64,000 nt of DNA from Phoronis australis (GCA_002633005.1 NMRA01000473.1:61537-125536); one strand, 5' to 3'; counted from the first letter of the stretch, positions 35,336 through 49,500 are shown. Numbers and translations are program-made. The notes: a model not told the origin generated them from the sequence alone.

Positions 35336-35577
35336 CAGAGGTGGATCTACAGGGAGGGTTCAGGGGGTTCAACCCCCCCCTCGGGACAGGATCAAAAATA
35401 AAAATTGAAAAAAATTTCACCAGAAAAACGAAATCAGCTACTAAAAACCACAACAAATCTTACACGGGAGGGGGAAACATCCTCCCAACCTTCCTTACGC
35501 TCGGCGCATCGGCACTATGCGCCTCAGATTCGCTCGAATCCTAAACCCCCCTTACTGAAAACGTAGATCTGCCACTG
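35336..35577. mobile_element. MITE with CAG-GG-GGATC termini and 5-bp TSD CTTAC
   Basis: cttac|CAGAGGTGGATCTAC ... GTAGATCTGCCACTG|cttac. Confidence 0.75.
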
Positions 35578-36544
35578 CTTACTAGTTATATTTGTGCTTA
35601 AACTGTCTGTTTTGTATGCCTCAAAACTTTGCTTCTTGTCTTTCTTTGTGCTGCCAACCATGTCATTCTTGCCACTCACAAAAACAAGATCAGACAAAAT
35701 CACATGACATAAGAGAAAGACCCGAAGCATAGCAAATGGCTGTCAGTGATTGGACAGTGAGGATGGAATGCTGTGTGGCTAGAATTCACTCTTTCCATTC
35801 TGTAACTAACCGTGTAAGTGAGGATTTCTCACAGCATGTGCTTCACAAAGTCTTGAGCAGCCTGCCTAGGTTTTATAAATATGCATTTTTACATAGTCAC
35901 TACTACCTAGTAGCTTGACTAAGCTTTATGGAACACACATTGGGGAAAGACATCATTTCAAAGGGTTTCCAGCAAAGATGACGTCAATGGCATCGGAACC
36001 GAATGCTTCTTCCCTGGCCCAGTTCAAAATCACAGTGAGATGCACTCACTGAAGTCCCACTGCAACTGACTGCAGCTCAGTCAATACTGACACTGTGGCT
36101 GTGATCGGATACAGTGGTCCCTGATATAAAGAAGGGCAATCATTGAATAACAGGACGTTAGTTCGTGGACGAAACTAGTTCTCTAAATAAGGGTACACTA
36201 TCCGATCAGTGGCCGTCCTGCAGTACCAGTACAGACAGTAGTAGTAGGCCCTACATTTTCAAAGCTGAACAGGCCGACTGAAATTGCCCCTTTCTAAGGC
36301 CATGGACTTCTATACAGGTCCATTCTACAACGTACCTTAAAAAAGTACAACTTTCTGAGAGCTCAGAATTCTTCAGTATGTTGGTCAATCGGGAAAATCT
36401 TTTATAAGATGCAAACTAACGAGATAATTTAAAACAGCAGTAGACGTGTACTGTTGTTGATTTCTCAATATCCGCGATTACTCGGTTAATTACGCAGATT
36501 TCCGTGATGTTTTTCGCCCTCTATCGGCCAAAGGATTAGCTTAC

Positions 36545-36600
36545 CACGGGACAAGCCTCGAGTTGCACTGTAAACAAAGGGCTGTAAATTTCCGGTTGTC
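36545..36600 (-). other. Putative non-coding first exon / promoter of GOLGA5
   Basis: The acceptor at 35067 upstream of the ATG requires an upstream exon; donor CCGTG|gtaagc at 36545/36544 in a CpG-rich stretch, with an ETS-like CCGGAAA near 36590. Confidence 0.45.
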
Positions 36601-36619
36601 TGCTCGACTTTGATTTGAT

Positions 36620-36675
36620 CGATAGATAAGATAGATAAGATAGATAGATATATAGATAGATTGATAGATAGATAG
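36620..36675. repeat. (GATA)n microsatellite
   Basis: Direct reading. Confidence 0.9.
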
Positions 36676-37875
36676 TTTATTTAGCCACACAAGTCGTACC
36701 TACTTGCTATAAGCGCAACTTAAAGTGACAAGAGTGGGACTTGTAGTAGTCCAAGGCAAACAACACAACTAAGGTTTCAGGACTGTATGTATAATAGTCA
36801 TTGATTACTTTAGAAATATCAAAACAAGGCAAGGAGACTTTCAAAAGGCTAAGGAGCCGCTTGCATAAAAGACACATATATCTACACATGCACTTGTCAA
36901 TATTAAATTAAGTATTTGTTTCAACAATTCATATCACAATTTGTATGAGCGAAACATCAACCCATACGCTGTGTTGAGTATCAACAAAATGATTACTGGT
37001 AATCTATGTAAAATGTGTACATGTACAGGGACAAATATCTAGGAATTACAATATATACTACCGATGCAATAACGGGAGAAACTAAAATAAAGTACAGATT
37101 AAGAAGGGTGTAACCTAAATGTTGTAGTCAATGTATCTCATAGTTTATAGTTGTCGAATCCAGCCTTATTTCGTTGCTCCATCTTCGTTTTGTCATTTTG
37201 TTCGAATCACCAACCGAGAGTCGCGAAGCACGGTTCCGGAAAGCAAAAATTTCTAGTCAACGAAAATTTAACAAACCCCGTCCCCGGCCGTCAATTACAC
37301 TCAATGAGCTGATTACACTGAACCATGGATGCCGGGAATAGTCCGTATTTCGAAGAGCCACTTTCGACAACCTGTCATGTTAACAGTTTTCCAACAAGAC
37401 ATTTTTGGGTTTTGAAATCATGTTACATTAGTTTACGAAAAGAAGTGATGTAACAGTCCACAGCTCGGGTATTTACGTAGTTAAGTGTGTGTGTAAATGT
37501 ATGTCTATGTTGCTACTGTTCCATGTTGCCTTCTTTAATAATTTATTTGAGCAATGTTTAGTACATATTGCCCAGATTTAATGTTAATTTGATTTCTGAG
37601 CAGTAGGCCTAAGGTTATCTGACTCGGGTGCTTACCCGTGAAATGAAACTGCGAAAAGACTTCACCTTGTAAAGGAATCCAAAATCCAATACTTTCTATT
37701 ACTGGCAGCGTACATTTTACTTGTCAATTGTGACGCTCTTGGCGGACTCTAACACGTTTTGAATTCTTTTATCGCCATTTCGACACACCAACAAAATGTC
37801 CAGCTTTTTGACACACGGCCAAATGGACATACTGTCATGTACTGTAGTAATTTCCCAGGCGGCATAGCCCTATTT

Positions 37876-38016
37876 CATGGGCGGCGCATCATAGTGGGCT
37901 AGGGGGAGCTATAGCCCCCCACTTTCTTCAGTGCTGCGCCGTCCATGGTCTATAGGCGGTGCACCGTAGGGGGTCTGGGGAGCTATAGCCCCACTTTCTC
38001 AGTGCTGCGCCGCCAT
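37876..38016. mobile_element. Two tandem ~70-bp palindromic mini-elements CATGGGCGGCGCA...TGCGCCGCCCATG; third copy at 39582-39655
   Basis: Terminal inverted repeats and a shared internal GGGGAGCTATAGCCCC palindrome. Confidence 0.6.
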
Positions 38017-39068
38017 AAATATTCCCTTTCGACTTAAAAACAGGATGTTGCGGCAACCCCGTTTTCACTTTCCACAAAAAACGCCGTTGTGCACATTTGT
38101 GTGTTATGTCTTATGTTAGACAAAAAAGTCAGGATGTTTTTGTATGTTACGGCGAGGATTTCATCTTTGCGTTTTTGCGTAAGCCTAGATGTTCCGCTTT
38201 TTATCCAAGTGTCCCCTTTTCAATCCAGTTTCCATGTTTCTTCTTCTATCAAAGTTGACCGTGACAACTATGCAATAGGAGATCAAAATAACGTCTTTTA
38301 CGAATGGTATTTTCCCAAAGCCACTTTTAGTTAACATAACAATCGTAAAAATGCGTTAGAATATTTTTCATTTAGGGTAAGTTAACAGACTACATGTATC
38401 AGGAACACTGATGTTTACTTTCTTAACAAATTTGTTTATTTCTAAACTTCTGAGTAAAGTCGTACACTGCAACCACTGTTGCAAACTAACCTTAGTATAC
38501 TTCAAAGCTCCACAATAAATGTTTACCCATTTTTATCCATCAAAAAACCTTAAATTCGGATAGTTAGTTGGAGTAATTAGTTTACCATATGTTTTAAAAT
38601 GTCACTGCATCCTGAATTTTTATTGAATAATGTAATTGCCAATTAATGTATAATTCTGACTAAATTCTCCACAGCTGTGAGGAATGTATATTCTAAAATA
38701 TTTATCTTAAAAGGGTTGAAATCTTTTGTATCATTGAAATTATTTCCTTTTTGGTATAATTTGTCATTTACATAATGTTAATTATTCGTCATGTAGTAAA
38801 TCATTTATCTTTTCATTCTGGTGTAATCACATACCATCAAGAGCTCATGAAGAGCTTTCTAATCATATGAATACACGTAATTCGGTTGAAAAACGGTGGA
38901 GTTAACGCTGTTCCCATTGGCTCATTGTTAAAATGCACATTTTTAATTGTTTGTCCTAGGAACATGATTCTGGCGTCGTATTAGAGCTCCGGTGACGCTT
39001 GAGAAAAAAATTTCGAGTTTGGGAAATAATAATTGTAATACGTTTAGATTACTTTACGCTATACCTAC

Positions 39069-39339
39069 CAGCTAGTGGCGGAGTTAGGGGAAGGGGGGGC
39101 AAGGGCCCCCTAATATTTTCCAAGATTCCGTTTGGCAATTCGGGGTGCGAATTGCCGACTAGCATATGAGCACACCCANNNNNNNNNNNNNNNNNNNNNC
39201 AATGCGTAGGCCATGAACAAACCCAAAAATGCGAGACACCCTACTTCCCTACATTTTAGGCTGGGCGCGCGCATGAGGCGAAATTGGGGTTATTCCTGTG
39301 CCGTGCCCCCCCCAAATCAAATTCCTGGATCCGCCCCTG
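39069..39339. mobile_element. MITE, 5-bp TSD CCTAC, same family as 54522-54828 (opposite orientation)
   Basis: cctac|CAG..TGGCGG ... GGATCCGCCCCTG|cctac; 39213-39339 is the reverse complement of 54522-54645. Confidence 0.7.
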
Positions 39340-39920
39340 CCTACAGTACTAGCCAGCCAGTGGTAGTACCCATTGTTGTCGGCTTCCCAACTCGCGGAAT
39401 CGCAAGCAGATGATTCCATTTGGTCACTTAGGCTGCTAAATATTTTAAAAATACAAATGAAAATTGTTAAGGAAAAGTTTTCTACTGTTTGTACTAAACA
39501 AATATTCTACCCTGGGCTTTACATTCCATTGCAAGAACCAACTCCAGAACAAACAAATGCAAACAAATCCCACACATGCAGCATGGGTGGCGCACCATAG
39601 GGGGCTGGGAGAGCTAGAGACTCCCTCCCCTTATTTCAGTGCTGCGCCGCCCATGCCATGTGCGGTGCAACCTTAGCCGCGCGAGGTCAAAGTTGGCATT
39701 CCAGGCACAGTTCTATGGTAGGAAGTCAACTATTGCGAATTTGTGTAAGTCGGAGTCACTTTAGCATCTGTTTAGATAATTCTCTTTTAATTGTACTTTG
39801 ATATCCCAAAATACTCTGCCTGGCGGCTTTTACAGAAAGATTGGTTTCAAATAACAGTGTTCAGTTCGTAACATATAACCCGAAGGCAGATTTGTGGTTT
39901 TTGCTGCCAAAAAACAATTT

Positions 39921-40035
39921 TGGGCTGGGTGAGCGCGAGATATCATGGGCTGGGTGCGCGAGAGATATCATGGGCTGGGTGAGCGCGAGATATCATGGGC
40001 TGGGTGCGCGTGAGATATCATGGGCTAGGTGCACG
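39921..40035. repeat. 25-bp minisatellite (TGGGCTGGGTGAGCGCGAGATATCA) x~4.5
   Basis: Tandem copies. Confidence 0.9.
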
Positions 40036-40327
40036 CATGAATATTTTGAACTTATTGGGTTTGACCAGAGCTATAAAGCAACAAAATCCGTCGTGTTTTT
40101 ATGATTTTATTACAAATTGCCAATTCTCCCCGTTTTATGCCAGATTCACTGAAAAAGGCCGATGTTTTCACCACTTAATACCCTTAAAACACTTGGCCAG
40201 TTAAGAACCATTCTACGAGAAAATCAAAAAATCACTCCAGGGGTCATCTTTCAGATTCAGCTTAAACTTCATGTATGTGATCATGGTGTGGCTCTGATAC
40301 AAAAATTACCAATTTTGCACTTGTTAA

Positions 40328-42002
40328 AGGAGAATGCCACCCGATTTAATTAGTCTTAATCGGTCTATATCCACATCGCCTCGCATACGGTCGACTTTAC
40401 CTTGCCAAGAGGTGTCGCGTTAACCTGTGAGGAAGGTGAGAAACGACGCTAGCGACGTCAGTGGTTCATATGCAGAGTGAATGCCGCTATGTTGCGGTGC
40501 ATCGTTCCCGCTTGTCCGAACTAAGCAGCTGTGAGGAAAGCGTGTATATCTTTCTTTTTACTTCCTCGAGAGTCCGAAATGCTTAGGAAGTGGCTCATGG
40601 TAGTGAAGAATGAAATGTACGCTGTAAATAGCAAGTATGAGGCCGTGAAACATCTCCGTGTCTGTGGCCTGCAGACGTCGAAAGTGCTTGACGAATGCCG
40701 GCTCACCAAATAACTCCATAAGTTCCGTTGTCTGAGCTTGTTCACGGCGCCTCTCTAGTATTTCTTCATCACTGTATTCCTGTTCGAATTGATAGCTTGT
40801 AAAACTTAACGACCTACCTGCGAAGTCGGGACTGATGAGCTCTAGCTCGTCCTAAGTCGGGATTGCGAGTTGGCTGTTGGCGTATATTTCTGAGCGTTCT
40901 GTTTCAAAATGAATTATTCTCACCCTAACGAATACTTATATCAAACTGAAACACAGACTTTCTCATTAGATATGCAGTTTGTAATGCCTTTGGAGTGTTC
41001 GTGAGTGCAAATGATTTGAGAAGCCAGCAATGAATAAATCACTGCGTTACCGGCTTTAGGCGGGTGCAATAAAACTAATTGATGGGACACCTAGGCCGTT
41101 TGAGCTCATGCTAATTTAGTGTTTGCTGGCAGAAACTGTTGTGAAACAACTCGATTTCCATCCCACGGCCAGGTGTTAGGGGAATCTTTATTTACATTTA
41201 CATTACTCAAATAATGATTGACAATGTACAACTTTAATTCTGCCCTGACGGTGCTGTGGCAGAAGCGGAACTGAAATCGCGGCCCCCGACGAGTAAGTAG
41301 ATTTGCAGTTTCGTGGCTAATTCACCAACATAATCACGTGCACATTACTTTGGCTCACAAGTATAATATTTTCTTGATTGGAAGTTTAGTTTCCACTGAA
41401 CTTTGGCTGGTTTATGTTCGTGATGTCTGATCAGTTTCCGAGCAACTGGCCGGGATAACGCCGCCAGTCAATCCGGCCGGTCGCTACGGGCCTGATCGGG
41501 CTCCGAGCCACTGGCCAGGATAACAAGCGTTTTGTGTTTAGAACTAAAAAAATCACAAGTCTAAACAACACAGATCTATGTTCTCCTGTCTGTATCTCAC
41601 GGAAAATACTTCGAAATTATCTCCTATTAGACCCCAAACTCCTGCTACGGACACTGGCCTGCCGCCGAAATTTGTAGGCTACGGTGTGTCCAACCAACAA
41701 ATCCGTAACAGCGAAATAAAACAACACGTTTTTATAAGAACTCGGTGTACTTTTAAGGGTTTTACATCGAAGTTTGATGATTTATCGGTATTAAACGATG
41801 ACATCAAGCGATAAGCTGACACCAGTAACCGGGTTGTGAACTGCTGAACAGACTGCGTGTGAAACCGATGACGTCATTGGACAATTTCAACACCTCCGTC
41901 TGCCGTCAGGTGTCAGGTAACGCAACCGTACGTGTCGTTTGGAGTAGAACTACTCGATCTAAATTGATACAAATTAGGTTGTTTTTTGGGTGGAATGCTC
42001 CT
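40328..42002 (+). mobile_element. Kolobok-type element with THAP pseudogene
   Basis: TTAA|AGGAGAATGCCACCC ... GGGTGGAATGCTCCT|TTAA; 40489 MLRCIVPACPN*..ISFFLLPRESEMLRKWL..KHLRVCGL is a degenerate THAP. Confidence 0.72.
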
Positions 42003-43150
42003 TTAACCTCTTAGGTTTTACCTATAGACCTTCAATGGTTCTCGAAGCAAATTACACGTTTTTGCATACTAAAAAAGCAATTTTCCAATATACGAAACTC
42101 ATAAATTGCATGCAATGAGAGAAAAAACATAATGGGATTAGGAAATGGATTACCAATTAAAATTAACACTAATAATTTCGCTGCATTCATCACGTGAAAG
42201 GGAAGATAAATCTGGAGGCACTTTTTGTAGTGTTGAAAGAAGGTGTCACTCAAGTGATTCTTCGAGCCAGTTTAATGGGCTGTAGACACTGAAAGACATG
42301 TTTATTGATCGATCTTGGATGTGTGAACAAATTCATGAAATCTCTTGAATAGATTTTTTCATTTTTGTTCTAAAATTGCCCCAATATTGCGTATTCTACA
42401 CTTTTTAAATGAACGTATCTTGCAACTTCATTACATTTAAAATGGTTTCAAGAAGAAATAATTAGTGTATAATTTCAACAGCAGTTCTTAACATTGTCCT
42501 GGAGAACAGTAAGCCGATGTAGATAGATGGTTATTTATTTACATTAATGAATTATTCCACAATAATATACATAATTTTCCATGCGTTTGAAAGTCACCAT
42601 AATATATAGAAAAAATAAACAAGAAACAATTGAATCTTAAAGTTCCATCTGAATCCATTCAGGCGTTTCTGAAAAGTTAGCTAACATACCGCCTATGCCC
42701 AGTACGGACTTAGTGCAACTCATAAAAGCTACAAATGGCTTTATTTCAGAACTTGAATTAACGATTCTGCGGAAGCCTCCACAACGTCAAGCTTGTCGAT
42801 GTGTCCTCGGGACATTGAAACCCTTGCGTGCAATGCGAATTACAGCTAAAGGGACATAAACGAGTGAACGGCCGAAACACACATTTCTGTGATTATTGTT
42901 GAGTGTGATAGGCTTCTTGATCATCAGCGCAGTTTAAAGGGACGCCCTTCTATTGTTTAACATTTTGTTTATTTTGTCTAAGTGCTTTTTGCCTTTGGTT
43001 TAGGCTACAACAGTAACACGTTTTGGATACAGCATTTCTTGGATACAGCATTTCTTGGATACAGCATTTCAAGACCTGTACGGTACTGTATGATAAATAA
43101 CCTTGGCTTTAAGACAGCAACTTGTTCAAGGAAATTTCGTTCATTTCACT

Positions 43151-43566
43151 TTAGCACTGTGTGTCCCATGCAATCTTGTGACTCACAGGATTCGTATTTT
43201 CATCACGAAGAGAGTCAAAAGTAGGAGGTATTATGTCATGCTGGAGGTGTATAACGCCATCAGCGTCAAAGACGACAACAGAACCGCTGACCATTGTGTT
43301 TGATTGAGTGACCGGTTGGGTCATTGAGACACTCTTGGCTTTCTTTCTTGCCGTAGCGCGAGAAAAACCAAGATTTTTTCTCATCATTTTGAACTGTCTC
43401 CCAAATGTGGCCAGGTCTAAAAATACGATGAATCCTAGAACGCTTGCGACGATGATGAGTTCCGATGTGCCTATAACGACAGCGCCGGGAGCTTCTTCGG
43501 GTGCACGTTGTGGTCTGGCAATGACTGGTCCATACACACGAGGAGGCCTCCTTCTTCTGGGTCGAC
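43151..43566 (-). CDS. Last exon: polybasic stalk, TM helix, cytoplasmic tail
   Basis: attttag|GT RPRRRRPPRVYGP..APGAVVIGTSELIIVASVLGFIVFLDLATFGRQFKMMRKNL..WDTQC*; minus-strand AATAAA 42534-42539. Confidence 0.8.
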
Positions 43567-46500
43567 CTAAAATGACAGCACTTATTTTGATTTGGATTTT
43601 TCTTCATAAACCAGCCCACCGGTTTCACCGAATATCCAACTGATAACAGTAGAGGTGCTATCGGAAAGCGCATGTACGAGGACCAACACAATAAAGAATT
43701 TGGTATCTAGAACCTTAACTACAAACCTATGCATTCAATCAAATATCCACAAAAATATAAAATATACAATTTAAAAAGCATATTCTTTCTGAAAGCGGAA
43801 AACCTGCTGTAAATTTGTTTTTTGACTTAATACCAATCTGCCATTGAATGGGTCACGTTAGCATGCCATTTAGTAAAAAGGTATATTCATAACAAAGCAA
43901 CCGAATCAAAAACATGACCAAGATGAATTTCATATAAAAATACAAGGTGAAATATCAGAAATCCTTTTAAAAGTTTCTAAATTACAGTTTCTTTTTCCCG
44001 TCATGCAACTTTTTAATTTTTTCATATAGATCGTAAAGTAAAAAACCATATTTTATGTCCCCTCTCATAAAAAGCGCCATTATAAAACAGTGCACAAAGC
44101 ATAGCATTTGTGAATGTTGGCAGCAAATTTCCGTTTAAGTATTAAATGGTATTACACATTACACTAGAGTCTGTTGTTTCGAGATTTCTCAGAGACCTCT
44201 CATGTACTCGGAGAGATAGAGATACACTTGTTTTAGCTATGTTGAGAGTAATGCCGTCTTAAAAGCATGTATCGTTAAAGTTGAGAGCCCTAGTTTTAAC
44301 TTCCACAACACGAGACAACTTGTTCTTGAAGAACACATGCATGGTGAAACTGTAACTTAGTGTGTTGTGTCTGTATTCTGTAATATCCAATAGGGGTCTC
44401 TGCTTTTTTGTAAGTTTTTCACACTTTCGCGCCGGTTGTTTAAAATTTCTCTCCACTAACGATGACGGATGTTCCGATCGAAGATCCAGGAATAAATATA
44501 AATTATGTACTCATGTAGTTTTTTTTCTCTTTGTTTTCGCAATGGATATCAGGCAGCTGTTGGATCGTGTGCCCATACAAGAGCGTCCGTCTTTCCAAGT
44601 GTAGGAGAGCACAGAAGCATCTGCAACCTTTAAGGCGAAGACAACCTTTTTCATGTCACTTTTAGCAAACATAAGGTTCGTTGATTATCCCAGACACATT
44701 TTTCACTTAATTACAGCTTTTCGTAACTTGATTAATTTCTCGTCCTCTACTCCGGAAGTGACATTTTGGGAGGCAAGAGTTTCGCGCCATAGTCTGACTG
44801 TGAGAGCTGTCGAGTCAGTCATTGTTCTACCTCGGTTGTGACAAGTTCGGTCGTCGTTTGCTTTTGTTCACAAGTTAGTCAACATGCCACGCTGTTGCTG
44901 CGAGCCGGGATGTACTCATTATCGTCTCACACACGCTTTGGGTACCTTGCGTCGCTTTCCGAAGGATGACAAACTTCGCCGTACTTGGCTAGCTCGTTCA
45001 CGTGGAGAACGCAGCGCTACCCGTCCACGCAACGTACAAAGCAGTGGAGGGTTACCGAGTGTGTGGCAAGCATTTTCTGCCGTCAGATTATGACAGAGAT
45101 ATGTACGCTGAATTGATGAAGGTCCCCAGCGGCAGTGCCCCGTCGCCACTGAACCCCGAGAAGTGCGTTTATGAAGCGATAAGCCTCGCGAGCTGTGGCC
45201 ACTATATACAGTGACTGGAGGTACTTCATCTACTGTCACCCGTGCCCCCGAACGTACCCCCATTGCGTGCAATTTCGGGAACTAGCAGTGATTCGTCCTG
45301 TGCTGTTGTCTCTAGCCCAGAGCCTGTATGCAGCGATGTTGAGTAGTGGGAGTGAATACAGGCCTAGTTCGACACCCAGTGAATAAGACAGTTTGTCATC
45401 CAATGAACAGATCGGTGAGCCTAAGTTTGATAAGTTTATTGTAGACTTGTATTGGAGCTATTTGGAAGGTGCCAGGTGTGTGGCGAGGGAGTCACACGGC
45501 GGGATGTAAGCAGTTTGGGTGCTCAGATCACCCTCAAGTTGTAGTGTGTCGCGGGACACTCGGTCTAGAGGGACAGTTCTTCCTCTGTACGTGAGACGTT
45601 AACGAGTACACCCCAGTACGCAGCAACAGTGTGGCATGTTGACTGACTCGTAAGCAAAAGCAAACGACGACCGAACTTATCACAACCGAGGTAGAACAAT
45701 AACTAAATCGACTGCTCTCAGAGTCAATCTATATGAAAAGAAATTGGCGCGAAATTCTTGCTTCCCAAAACGTCACTTCCGGAGTAGACGACGAGTAATT
45801 AATTAAATTACAAAAAGCCGTAAATAAGTGAAAAATATGTCTGGGATAATCAACGAACCTTATTTTTGCTAAAAATGACATGAAAAAAAGGTTGCCTTCA
45901 CCTTTAACTCAAGTTTTGAACCTGACTAATCCGATTCTCCCCTAGACTGGAAACGAGCACCTGGTCAAAGCACGATGTCGATTACAGAACTCGTCATGAG
46001 CCGATTTCACCAAAACCGATGTGGTTCGAGGCACATACTCACATTCGTATCGTAAGCACATTTTGATGACATTCGCCACATTAGTGAGGTTCTTGTTACT
46101 AAGACAGTTTGCTGGACATCCGTGCCCTATTTTTCATTATGTGGAAACCAGATTGGGTGACGACTGGACACCCCATGGAACTTTCGGTTAGTGACTGATA
46201 GGGGGCAAAAGGGCCAATTGGCACAGGTCTCCTCCCAAAAGAGAAAGTCATATATGAGTATTTTATCAGGAAGTCTTCCTCATTGTTAGGTATTTTATTA
46301 ATGCAAGGATTTATAGTTTGAAAAAGCAAAGGATGACTATTGCATCATCGAGGGGCTGTAAGAGGTACCCACTTTAAAGTGAAGGTATGATGGCAATAGG
46401 AAACGAGTGATAATTAATTCCACCATCTCCCGGAGTTGTATCCAGGAAAAGCGGCAATTGATATCACAAAATATCTCTTTTTGAATTAACAAAATCTGAA

Positions 46501-49500
46501 TCTTCGGACTTTCTAGAAGTAGCGCGAAGTAAAATGCCCATTTACCCGTGTGTGTGGGTGACGGCGTTTTGTAAAAATTAAGAACTGGAGTCCCCCCCTC
46601 AAACAAAAATGTCGTCGCCCCTGGAAGATAAAACTAGGCACTGTATTCTGTAAAAACAAACAAGAACAGACAAGATCAGCAGGTCCAGGCAGAGCAGCAA
46701 AGAGGGCTCTTGCAAGTGTGGTAATGCCTAGTTCTGTCATAAGCCAGACCGCAACAAGCTGCTCACGCTTAAGAGCGACATGTCTTCAAGATCCCTTTCC
46801 AAGTGTTACTTTCTGCAGTCGCTTTTATCCATACTTACGGTAACAGAACATGTCCCACCAGACGAAGCCATCCACTGGTGACGTCTTAGAACAACCGTAA
46901 ACGATCCGTAACTTTGCGAAGTACAATGTATTGTTGTCCTCAATGCAACGTATAGTCATAATTTGATTGGTTGAATCCAGAGTTACGTTAGCTGTCCAGT
47001 TTTGTGAAGGCAGCTCAGAAAAAGTTATAGGGTCAACTGTAAAAGTGAAGAGTTTGGGTTAATTGTAATAGCAAGATATACGAGGAGTGCGTTTGCTTTG
47101 CTGCGAGATCAAGAGACTAAAACTTGTTTTATTAGATGAGATTGCAATATGTTAAAGCCCCTAGCAGCGCAATTTCAAAGACCAAAACTCGACTATTTCA
47201 AAACAACTTTTCGATGTTGAAACAATTGAGTAAGTCCACTCGGTTACCAATATCGTCAGCAAATAACTGGCTTAATTGAAAATTTGGAAACAATAAATAA
47301 AGTCAATCACTTTGCGAGATTCAATGTTTTCAATCCTAAGTGGTGGCTACAAATTGTCTTATAAAAGTAATTTTTACCATTTATAAGAAATTATCGGATG
47401 CAAATGCAAACAAGGTTGGTTCAAAAGGTTCCATACTCGAATCCACGTCGAAGTACATGCCCTTCAGTTCTCTCTCTACCCCAGACTGGAGTGGAGACTA
47501 TGCTAAACAACTACTTGAAGAACATATTAAATGTACTAGACATAATATGTAACGTACCAGGCATAATTTAGTTGTTCGTTACTTGCGCCTAACAGCATAC
47601 TGCATTGCGAACACTTACAAGGAGTCAACACAGTCTGTTGCTCATGATTGACTGTTTTTCAATGGCGGATCATTCATATTGCATTACTCTAAATGTTGTA
47701 ACGTTATCAATCGGGGTTGAAATCTTCATCTTTATCGTCCATAAACTGCTGAGCCAAGTTGTTTACCCATATAGGCCTGCCAGGCATATTCATTCGAAGT
47801 GTTGTCACTGATTCGTAGGACAGGTCTGCCGGCGACGCGTAATTAACCGAGTCAAATAAATAAGTCTCATATAAAGCATTTCAATTAAGATTATCGCATA
47901 GAATCATAAGCTGATATTCTTTTTAAATAAAATTGGACTCCGTTACACGTGCCTTTTGCAAAGAGGACTATGAAGACCTAATTCATCTTTATTAATCCTG
48001 AATCTTTTAGACCAATTTTTCAAGTTCTCTGGACAAAAACCTAATTTAGAAAAAACAGAATGTGTATGGATAGGGTCTATGAAATACAGTGACATAAGGT
48101 TATGCCCTGAGAGAGAGCTACCACACTTGGTATTAAATTTAGTCTTGAGCTGCCTGAAATAACCACATTAAATTATGAAGAAAAGATCAGTGAAACTGCA
48201 GGTGGTCTCAGGACGTGGGCCAAAAGAATTTTGACTCCCCTGGGAAAAATAACTGTAATTAAATCATTTATGATTTCCAAGCTAACTCACTTGTTTATTG
48301 CATTACCTTCCCCGTTACAGGAAACGATTCAAAGACTAGAAAAACTTTTCTATAATTTTGTATGGGATTGTAAAAACGATAGAATCGGTCGAACTACGTT
48401 AATTCAAAATTTCACGCATGGAGGCTGTAAAATGATACACATTAGCTCTTTCATCAAATCTTTAAAGGTTTCATGGTTTCGTAAAATAAATTCCTGTAGT
48501 GAAGAGTTGTGGATGGATATTTTGTCCCAAAATAACTTTTTTAATACCCATCGTAACTACTTGTGCTTTGGCACAACCTTTTATGAGATCTGGTCCAAAA
48601 ATATTTCAAATTTGTTTTGGAAAGATATTCTCTTACATTAAAGAATTTTTGAGTAAATTTCCTATAAAAAGAGAAAATATTATATAAGAACCTTTGTGGT
48701 ACAACTCTAATATTTTGGCATGTAAAAGACATTTATACTATAGAAGGTGGTATGAGAAAAATATTGTATTTATTTATGACTTTTTAGACTCTAATGGGAC
48801 GTTTATGAATTATGAAACTTTCTGTAACGTACATGATTTTTCTCCACCCTTCACTGAATACCTTGGTCGTAGGAGTATATTACGATCATATTTAAAAGAT
48901 AGTAAAGGTCACGTCTTTCAAGTTACTTTACCTAATTTTCCACAGGTATTCTCTAACACCCTATTTTGCCAAAAGCCAAATAAATTTATCTATGATACTT
49001 TAGTTTATCAGCTATATAGAAAACCAAAATTTGAGTTAAAATGGGAGATGGTGTTGAATTTGCAATTATCTGATGAATGGTGGAGAAAAACCTACTGTTG
49101 CTCTGTAGACTTCACATCTGATACGAAATTAAAATGGTTTCAAATTAGATTGACCCATAGAATTTTAAGTACAAACACTTTTCTCCATAAAATTGGAGTT
49201 ACTAACTCGCAATTGTGCACCTTTTGTAAAAAGGAACCAGAGGACTTTATTCATCTCTACAGGTCATGTCATGTTGTGTGTTCGTTTTGGTCGGCATTAT
49301 TTCGATGGATGGACCAAAAAGTAAATATAACCTTAAATCCTGCCATCATCGATATCCTTTTTGGTAAGCATTCTGAATCAAAAGTAATAAATCTAGTATT
49401 GATATTGGGCAAATATCATATATATCGTCGTAGGTTAGAAAAACGCTTGCCCTGTATTGAACATCTCAAGGCAGAGATATATGAATACTTCAAAATTGAA

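Noticed and set aside
37325-37455. Short ATG-initiated ORF divergent from GOLGA5
   Set aside because: About 42 codons, with no recognisable homology or clear splice donor.
43567-43639. Longer last exon using the acceptor at 43640
   Set aside because: Phase 2, incompatible with the phase-1 upstream exon; the acceptor at 43567 fits.
47400-47830. Additional exon of the WSC gene or a TGA-readthrough (selenoprotein) frame
   Set aside because: Stops in all frames, no phase-compatible splice pair, no SECIS seen; the gene reads through without it.
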